Assembly: GCA_016748015.1 (NCBI GenBank)
Contig: JAAOMT010000109.1
Location: 83,820 to 147,819, forward strand
Source: Geosiphon pyriformis uo1
Lineage: Eukaryota > Fungi > Glomeromycota
Reading direction: 5' to 3'
Length of the DNA stretch: 64,000 nucleotides
Made by a program: the position numbers and the translations under genes. How positions within the stretch are numbered: position 1 is the stretch's first letter; each line of letters begins with the position of its first letter. The notes under the pieces were generated by a model. The model was given only the letters and a program-made list of their open reading frames with translations. It searched no databases and had not been told where the DNA came from. Of this stretch, positions 55,033 through 64,000 are shown piece after piece.

Positions 55033-56912
55033 AAAAGTATATGGTCAGCTCAATATCATATCATTAAATTCGAAGGCATTATTCATGAAAGTGTGAAAAA
55101 AATAGATGAGGTTTGAAAATAGTTTATTAATCTTGGAAAACTTTTCATTATAAACGATTAATTTTTTTTCTTCAAATGTGGGGTAGTCACAAGTTTTTGG
55201 AAGCAAAGAACTTAATCTTAAATGAAATGAAGGATGAAACAAAGAGCTCTAAGTATCAAAAAGTCATTAAAATATACTTTATAATGTATTTTTTTAACTC
55301 TGTTTATTTGATTTATTAAACTGAATTATGATTTTTATTACTTGTTTTGATATGTTTTTAAAAAATTCAACTGTATTTGTTAATACATTGGGCGAAAAGC
55401 AAAAACTCACGGAAATAGAGTATATAACAAAGATGTTGGCACTTATTCTGGATATTGTTTTTGCTGATATTGAAGAAAAAATTTGCTTCTATTGGTAAGT
55501 ATGAATTGATTTTATTTAATTTTTTCTTAATTTTACTAAGTTAAATAATTTAAATTTATTTTTAGGAGCAAAATTGATTTGCAAGTCATGTATTACAGCA
55601 ACAATGTTAAGCCATTCGGAGTGCGTTCAGGTTAGCACTTTCAGTAAGGCTGTGAGGGATCGCAGCAATGTCTTTGCACTAATCAATGCATCCTCAATGA
55701 ATACTTGAAAAAAAGCATTTTGGTAAATAAAGCTGAAAATTTGATGATTTTTGGATTTTAGTTTACAGCTTTGAGTGGCTGTCTTATTGAGATTGACTTG
55801 GTTGATAATGGGCTCTATTTTGGCTTCCAAGGGGATAATTTTCATTTCTCATCCCAATTGACTCAAATGAAGTCATTGCAATATACACTTGAGGTTCTTT
55901 ATTTTTTTAAGATAAGAATGAGCATTTTTATTATTATTAAAAGATAATTGCTTACTCTATATTTTTAATGTTTAGGATGACATTGTGCACAAGGCAGAGA
56001 TGCTTTCCAAAGATAATTAATGCCAGAAAGAAATGTTTGATAGAAGAAAACAGAAACTAACAAATCAAAAAGTAGAATATATTCAATCAACGGATTTTAC
56101 TCTGCAAAAAAAATCCAAAAGAGATCAACTTCGAATAGATCTGGGAAATAATATAAATCTAAATAGTTATTGATCATTTTATTCTTATTGATAAATGCTG
56201 ATATAAAGGTTATGATTTTTTTCTAAAAAGCTGGTCTTGTCTTCCCAATTTCTTTTCATTCAAATCAATTCAATTCAACTAAAATGACCAAAAAAAACCC
56301 ATCATATTCAAATTAAATCAAATAACTTGAAAAAAATGCAACCAACAACCAACAATCAGTCATTGCATCTAGAAATAGCTCTATTAAAGAACTAACTGGT
56401 AGCTCAGATAATGGTAGTGGTACTGGTCAATGTTTGATTATGTAAAAATTTATAATTTTTTCTTGATCATCACCATCATTCTCTTCACACAAACTTATCA
56501 CCAAATCAAAATTTGAAAAAACTTTTCGGTCGGAATCTTTGACTTACACGCATAATCTACTAGGCTCAGAAACAATTTTGAGATTTAATATAAATTAGTT
56601 AACAACAAATTTGAAATCTTTACCTAAACTTCAATAATAAATACTAAAGATCAAATTTATCAAAACTATTCTATTTGTAACAAAAAGATTTTGAATCTTA
56701 ATTGTATATCAATATTATTTACCAAATCTGCAATTACTTTTGTATTTCTACTTGCTTTTATTTAATCTAATAAAACAGTTTTCATATTATACTTAATAAA
56801 CAAATATTAAAAGAAAGATTTTCAATGTCAAAGTACCACAGTATTTTTTAAGTTTTTATTTATTGATTGGATAAATCTGTATAAATGCTGCTAAAATATA
56901 CTTTTTATTAGT
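55033..56912 (+). repeat. Inverted duplicate of 33760-35967 (nuclease-like pseudogene 3' half, CAAX peptide gene and flank)
   Basis: Continuous reverse-complement alignment with many transitions and short deletions. Confidence 0.92.
56336..56445 (+). pseudogene. Frameshifted copy of the CAAX peptide gene
   Basis: Begins ATGCAACCAACAACCAACAAT (MQPTTNN). A 22-nt deletion shifts the frame; the original tail still reads GSGTGQCLIM*. Confidence 0.85.
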
Positions 56913-59900
56913 AATGTTTTTTACTATTAAATTATTTTATTGTATATTTAAATATTACAAAACTTTATTTTTTATTGACTGTAATTAAATTCATATTACT
57001 CAAGAGAAATACAATTGAAAATGTTTTCAAACTATTAATAACATTTTTGCTCTTTTTTAAATAAATTTTATTTTTGCAAAACAATTACCTCATAATATAT
57101 AAAAGCTGTTAAATATTCAAAAAATAAATACTTTTTCTATAAAATAATGTTATTATAACCATAGTAATTTCAATTAGATAAGATATTTATTCTTCCTAAA
57201 AATTTGTTGAAAAAAACTATTGTTAAAAAAGTATAATATGATATACAATATTATAGAAATTAAACATTAATGTTAACTTATGGTTATTTGAAACCCAAAA
57301 GTTACAGGTAAAAAAAACTGTATATAAATAAATGCTAATAGAAAAAACTATTTATTTTGAAGCTATAATATTTTTTGGTCTAATAATTTTTATTTTAAAT
57401 TATTTTTTTATGATTAATAATTTTATTAAGTTTTTTTTTAACTAGAATTTTTAAAACTAATTGATTTTTAAATGTCTCTAAAAATTATTTTTGTTTTTAC
57501 TTTTGGTTAAATTTAAGATTTTTTTGATCAAGACACAAAAATCTTATCAATATGACTTAAAATCAACAATAACTATGTATTTTAATTATATAGCTATATT
57601 TAAAACTTTCTTATAAAAATAAACAAATAAATTTTTTTATCTAAATGCTTGCTTTTTTGATGTTTTAGTTCCAAAAAATTCAATAATAAATCTTTTAAAT
57701 AAATTTTATAAAAATTAAAAACTAGAAAAAGTATATTTATCTATTTTAAATTGTCAAATATTTGCTTAATAATTTATTATATGATACATTTATTACAAAA
57801 TTATTATTGAAAATAATAAATAATTTTTATATAGTATTTCTAAAAACATTTATCTTAATAATTTAATATTTTATCTTTATATAATAATGCAGTAATTTTG
57901 TAAAAATGCTTTGTCTTAAAATTGTTTAAGTTTATTGTTTTAATAAATAAATTATAATAAAACTAAATAGTTTAATAAAAAAAATTTGTATTTAATATTT
58001 ATTTAAAACAAAAAATTAACTAAAAATAGCATTTATTTTCTTATTATCTTATTTTATTTAATTTTAAAAATTATTAAAACATTATCAATACTTAAAATAT
58101 ATTTTAATATATTATTTTTTAATATAAAAGTTTAAAAAATATTGCTTAATAAGATAATATAATCATTAAATTAATAAATCCAATTTAAAACATTTTATAA
58201 ATTATTTTAATTTTTATATAATTATATAATTTTACAATAAATTAATTTTTTTTAAAATATAACGATTAATAATTTACAATAAAACAATTTATTATACTAT
58301 TATAATTAGATGTAATATGCTAATAGATAGTAAAAAAAACAATATTATTTAATAAAAAAATAAAAAAATAATTCAATTTTAATAAGCAAATTAAATTAAT
58401 AAGAATTCAATATGTAAGATCAATTTATAAATATTTCAGTTGTTATTTTTTTCAAAATAACAAAAAATTTAAAAATAAAAAAATAATTTATATTGTCAAC
58501 AAGAAATAATATACTAATATAATTCTATATTTTATGTTAATGCTCTTAAAATTTAATATTAAATATTAGTTATATTTTTAGTAAATATTTATTTAATATA
58601 TTTTATAAAAACTATATAAATCGAGAAAAAAAATAGTGAAAAAAAATAAAAAAGTTAATATTATTGTATTTATTTTTACTTTAAATAAAATTAATTTAAA
58701 TATAAATTTAAGTATAAATAAATTTTTACAGCTTTAAAAAGTTTCATTTAATGATTGTATTAATAATTTAGTCAATAATTAAGCTAATAATTAAATTTAT
58801 AATTATATCTATAACTAGTTTTGAAAATAGTGTGTTTATTAATAATATTAATAACTAATATATATGATTAAATATGACTAAAAAGATTAAGCTCTAACAA
58901 AGTAAATTTATTTAAAAAAAGTTCTATTTTAAAGTTAACTAATTTGTTAAAAATTTTAGTTAATAAAATATAAAAAACTACAATAATATTAATTTTTAAT
59001 CCAAAAAACCAAACTTTTATATAAGTGTTTTGGCTTTTTTTGTAATAATTAAGACTTTTAGAACATTTAAACATATAATGCCTAAAATTTCTACTTGAAT
59101 TTTTGAAGTTGTTTTTTTATAAGCTTTATATTTTCAATAATTTTACCAAGTTTTTTATAACTTTTAAGTTGTTTTTATATGACAATTTTTTGTTTATAAA
59201 CAAATTTTTTTATTATTATTCTTTTAAGTATGTTAAAAAAAAAGTATTTTGACAGTTATGTACTTAAACATATATTTCTTTATTTTGTTGATAATTTTCT
59301 GTTTTTTCGTAACAGTTTTTTGAAAATTAATAATAAAGTATATTTTATTTTTATTTTTTATAATAATTTGTTTTTTAATAGTAAGCAAAGCATTTAAATA
59401 ATTTTTTATCTAATATTTATAGATAATAAAGAACATTTTAATCAAAAAATTATTTTTTTATATTGATTAAAGATATGTTTATTTTGGGACTAAAATGGTT
59501 TTTTTATATTTGTTTTGGTATTTTACTAATAGATATTATAACTATTACAATAATAATAACTAATCAGATTTTTGTGATATTTCTTAATTTATATATTATA
59601 AACAAGTTAATTATTAAATATTATTCGATATTTGTTTTGCAAAATATAAGATTTATTATTTAATATTTTGTTAATTATAAATAGTTTTTTCTTTTAATTT
59701 AAAATTTTATCATCAAAAATATTGTTTTATTTTAATTTATATTTAAAAAGTAAGTTACTAATACTTAAAAAAAGTGTTTTATATATATTTTTTAAGTTAT
59801 TTTTGAACTTTTTATAAGTAATTATTTGTGTTTTTACCAAAAAGTTTAATATTGTTTTAAATCTTTATTGCAAAATATTTTTATAGTTAAGTTTAATTAT

Positions 59901-61324
59901 TTCTTTAAAAAATTCTGTTTTAATATTAGTTTTAATGAATAATATTATCATATATTTATAGAATAAATAAAAAGGTTTATAATTAGTTAAGTTATAATTT
60001 ACTGTTTTATAAACAAAAAATGTTGAAAACAAAGCTTTATTTTATAGATTTTTTTTTACTAATGTTTACTAAAATTTTACAAAGATTTAATTAAAATATT
60101 CTATTAACCTATTAATCTATAAGTAATAAAAAAAAAGTTTATAATATACTTTAAGTTTTTTTACTATTGAGCTAAAAAAACTTTTTTTTATTTAAAAGTA
60201 GTTTTTAAATACATCTATGTTTATATATAATTTTCTTATAAATAAAATTAACAATTATAATAATAGTTTAATTTAAAATTACTTTTATTTAAAAATTTAA
60301 TTAAAATAAACTAAATTAAACTTTGAATACTGTTTATGTTTAATTCAAATTATGAACTAAATTTAATTTTTTTTAACAAATCTGAATTCAGTTCAAGTTT
60401 GGTTTAAAATTTTTAAATTTATTTAAATTCAATGGAATTAAAAAAAAAATTTTATATTACTTTTTCATCAATTTTTACTTTGTTTAATTATTATAATCAG
60501 TTAAAAAAGTATATAAAACTATGTATATATAATAATTTTGCTTTTTAAATTACTAAAATAAATTTATTTTTTGTATTACCTAATATTATTAAAGATTTAA
60601 AATCCAAAATAATAGAATTTAATAACCTAAATAGTCTAAATTTTAATATCTAATAAATATATTTTTTAAAATAAAATATAGGACTATTTTGATAAATTTA
60701 AATAGATAAAAAATTGCTAAATATATAATCTTAAATATGTATATAAATTTTTTTTTTGGTAAACTACAAACATTATCAAATTTTATAGTATTATTTTTTT
60801 TTATTGCTTAACAAGTGTAGCCCAAAAGCCACCTAGAACAATATATCAAACTAAGTGATCTAAATTAGACACTAATTATGCATTTTATATATATAAATAG
60901 TTACTTAGACCAATTAAGAACACATTACACTAAAGCTTTAGAAGAAAATTTATTCAAAAAAGACATTTTTTAAACAATTTCAAACAATGTAACACTATTA
61001 TTAATCAATTCAACTAGCTATTTTAAAGGCATTAGTTTTTACAACAGCAGATTTATGTTTTCAAAAAGACATCAAGTTAGAAAAAACTTTATTACTTAAA
61101 TCAACCAGGTGTTTAAATCACCAAATATATCAACATCTTCTATGCAGCACTCTTTTTTTTAAAGAAACTACCTCTCTTTTCAACTTATCAACAACTTTAT
61201 TAAAAGAACCTATAGTACCAAAATTTCATTGATTTTAAGGCCAAGTTTACTGCTTGAGACCAAATCTCTATTAATAAATTGTTCAAACAATTTAACCAAA
61301 GAATAGTATTATATAAAACTTAAA

Positions 61325-61559
61325 AATAATATGTCTGTTTTAGATATTAGATGTAAGTTTTTGAGAGATAGCTTTAATCTTAAAATAGCTCTTTATATAT
61401 CTTAATATTATATAAAATTTAAGAATGATATGTCTGTTTTAAATGTTAAATATGAGTTTTTTAAAAATAGCTGTAATCTTAAAATAGCTTTTAATATATT
61501 TTAATGTTATATAAAATCTGAGAATAATATGTTTACTTTAGATATTAGATATAAGTTTT
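61325..61559. repeat. Degenerate tandem repeat, 99-bp unit, about 2.4 copies
   Basis: Units start at 61325, 61424 and 61523 (aat(a/g)atatgt...). Confidence 0.8.
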
Positions 61560-61852
61560 AAGTACTAAATAAGATCTTATATTTGTAATTATATTTTTAC
61601 TTATAAAAAACATGATTAAAAACAATAAATAATTCTTAAATTGTCAAATAATTATAAGTTAATATATAAGATAAAAAAATTGTGTTTAATATAAATCATA
61701 TAATTAATATTATAATATTATTAAAATTGCTATTTAATAAAAAATTAATATTTAATATAAATATAATAGTCAATATATATTTTATTTCAAAAAAATCATA
61801 TAAAAAAAAATTTATAATTCTTTTTTAAACTGTTTTTTTAGTCTTTTTGGCT

Positions 61853-62180
61853 GAAAATTTGACTTAAAGCAATAAAAATCATTTAAACTAACATTAAAAA
61901 AACATAATTTTTGATAATATAAATATTATAATAACTCTAAGTTTTAGATAATAATAATACCGAAAATTTGGCTCTAAGACAATGATAAAAACCAACTTAA
62001 ATTTATATTAACAAAACATAAATTTTTAATAATATGAACAATATAAAAACTTTAAGTTTCAAATAATATTAATGGCAAAAATTTGGCTTTAAAATAATAA
62101 TAAAAACCAATATAAGCTAATATTAAAAAAACACAATTTTTAATAATATAAGTACTATAGTATTTTTAAATTTTAGATAA
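61853..62180. repeat. Degenerate tandem repeat, ~110-115-bp unit, about 3 copies
   Basis: Units start at ~61853, 61961 and 62076 (aaaatttg(g)ct...aaaaacca...tttttaataatat). Confidence 0.7.
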
Positions 62181-62595
62181 TACTAATTTGTTATATAATA
62201 TATTAATTTTATTATTAGTTATTGATTAATCTAAATTTATGTAAAAAATATATATACATATTTTTAATTTTTATTTGTCTAAAATATAAATTTCTATAAC
62301 TTTATTTTTAATTGTATTAACACAAAAAAATTAAAAAATAGAATTTAAATATTGGAATATTTTAATCAATTTAAGATTTTTTATTAAAATAAATAATTAT
62401 TAATAGTTAATAAAACAAATAATAATTATATTATAAAGTTTTTTTATTATTAATATTAATACCAATTACTATAAAAAATTAGAACAGTTTTTTAATTAAA
62501 TTAGCAATTTTATTTATTAAAATATTTTTTTAATTGATTTGTAATTTTTTTGGATATTTGTTTTTTTTTATAATATTTTTTTATTGTAATATATA

Positions 62596-64000
62596 TTGTT
62601 TAGTAAAAACTATCTAAATAATGCTAAAAAAAAAACTCTTTGTCTTCTTAATTTTATGATCATGACCAGAATGAAGAGTAAAAAAGCTGCATCTGATATT
62701 TTTCTTAAGATATCTAATAAAATTTCAACCAGAAAAGCTCTTTTTGTTGTAAAAGCAACTATGCAGAATGTTATAAAAGCCTTTTTTTTACCTAATAATC
62801 GTGAAAAGCTATCTTTGGTAGCTGTTGAAGCAATTTCTTCTTCTTTGACTGGTTTTTCACCAATCAAAGTTCTCTTAAAGAGACACACTTAAGTTAGTTC
62901 TAATGTTGCCTTTACTTCAACTAAGAGTCCAAAAGTTTTTAATAATAGACTAGTAAATAAGCTGGTCTTTTTTTTTATGGCTTCAACATCTGGTGCTGCT
63001 AATACTACCTTTTCAAAAAAAATGATCAAAAAAACCAAAATTTCAAAAAAGTGAGAGCAGTCGCTTGCCTTTGCTATTGTTACACCAAACCTCTTTGTGG
63101 TTTTTAATAAGATTTTAAGTGAAATCTTTATAGTATTATCTGGCACATCATCCAAGATGGACCAAGATTAACCACTGATTGTATTGCCAAATATAGTGTC
63201 TTTTAGCAAATTGTTATTGGTTTTAGAAGCAAAACAATTGTTTCTTGTAATATTATCTGTTTTTAAGAACTGAGTTGACCAAATAGAAACTGAATTATCT
63301 TTTCTAGTTTCTGGTGTTGCCACTAGTAGTGCTTGGGAAACCATTATTAATCATCAAAAGTTTGTTGAATAGGTGGCCTTTTTTTTGGTATCTGGTACTA
63401 CTTTTAATATTAAATTGACTTATGTTAAGATTGTTTTTTAGTCTGTACATGGTTTTTTGGATGCAAAATCTGTTTTTAAGGACAATGTAAAGCTTTTTTG
63501 TGTGGAGTTTGCTTTTCAAAACTGTATTTTTAGTTGAGCTTACAGGCTCTGTTTACTTTGTTACTCTTAAAATTGCCAAATCTCTGGTGGTTTCTGAGTC
63601 TGGTTTCCCTTCTGCTGCTGTTGTGCTGTATAATATGTCTTTAAATGTGTCTGCTGCTAACATTAAGATAGCTTTTAGTGTGTTTGGCAGTATTACTCAT
63701 GTTGTGCTGAAGTCTGCTGGCATTTGGCAATATATAATTATTTATTTTAAAAAATTGAACTCTGCTGTGTCTGCTTTAAATTATTAGTCAGTTTTGGTGG
63801 GCAAAAATAGTGTTAAAATCTTCTTCTTAGTGAATCAAAATAAGATTATTCTGTCTTGTGATAGGTTTAAGGCCAAGTTAATTAATCTACTGTCTGACTG
63901 TACAGCTTTTAAAATTAATAATATGATTTTTTAGGTTGATAGTCAAACATGTTTTATTTCTTGTTTTTCTGAATCTGGTTATTATTCTCAGTTTACTCTG
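62596..64000 (+). mobile_element. Decayed non-LTR (LINE-like) retrotransposon ORF1/gag with RRM-like region, running off the window
   Basis: Fragmented plus-strand reading SSSLTGFSPIKV..KRHT...; VSAANIKIAFSVFGSITHVVLKSAGIWQYIIIYFKKLNSAVSALN; FKAKLINL. Stops and CpG loss throughout. Confidence 0.65.

Noticed and set aside
61325-62180. CRISPR-like array
   Set aside because: Eukaryotic context, contiguous degenerate units without unique spacers, and no cas genes.

Overview
Eukaryotic, intron-rich, very AT-rich fungal DNA. The gene and repeat content suggests a Glomeromycotina (arbuscular-mycorrhizal lineage) genome, possibly Geosiphon-like; this is inference from the families present: BTB-BACK-TLDc, TKL kinase, class-3 lipase-like, PD-(D/E)xK-like and RRM-type non-LTR gag remnants. 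CpG-depleted, decayed-repeat blocks (~1-7 kb, ~9.3-13.6 kb, ~57-64 kb) flank gene islands. Manually spliced genes: a CE4 chitin deacetylase, two class-3 lipase-like genes lacking the catalytic Ser and His, a pepsin-family aspartic protease, a Crh/Utr2-type GH16, VTA1, a DUF4286-like gene, VPS38/UVRAG and a tail-anchored SAM protein. There are also several pseudogenes. The top finding lies below the ORF-track size cutoff: a 43-aa ORF (34238-34369, minus) ending in a CAAX box (CSIM) that resembles a fungal a-factor-type lipopeptide pheromone precursor. It has a TATA-like element and four AACAATG HMG-box-type sites upstream, and a dead copy sits in a rearranged segmental duplication at 54.4-56.9 kb. 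Also notable are one-sided CpG decay of that duplication and a large RNA hairpin in a VPS38 intron. All calls were made by eye; no searches were run.
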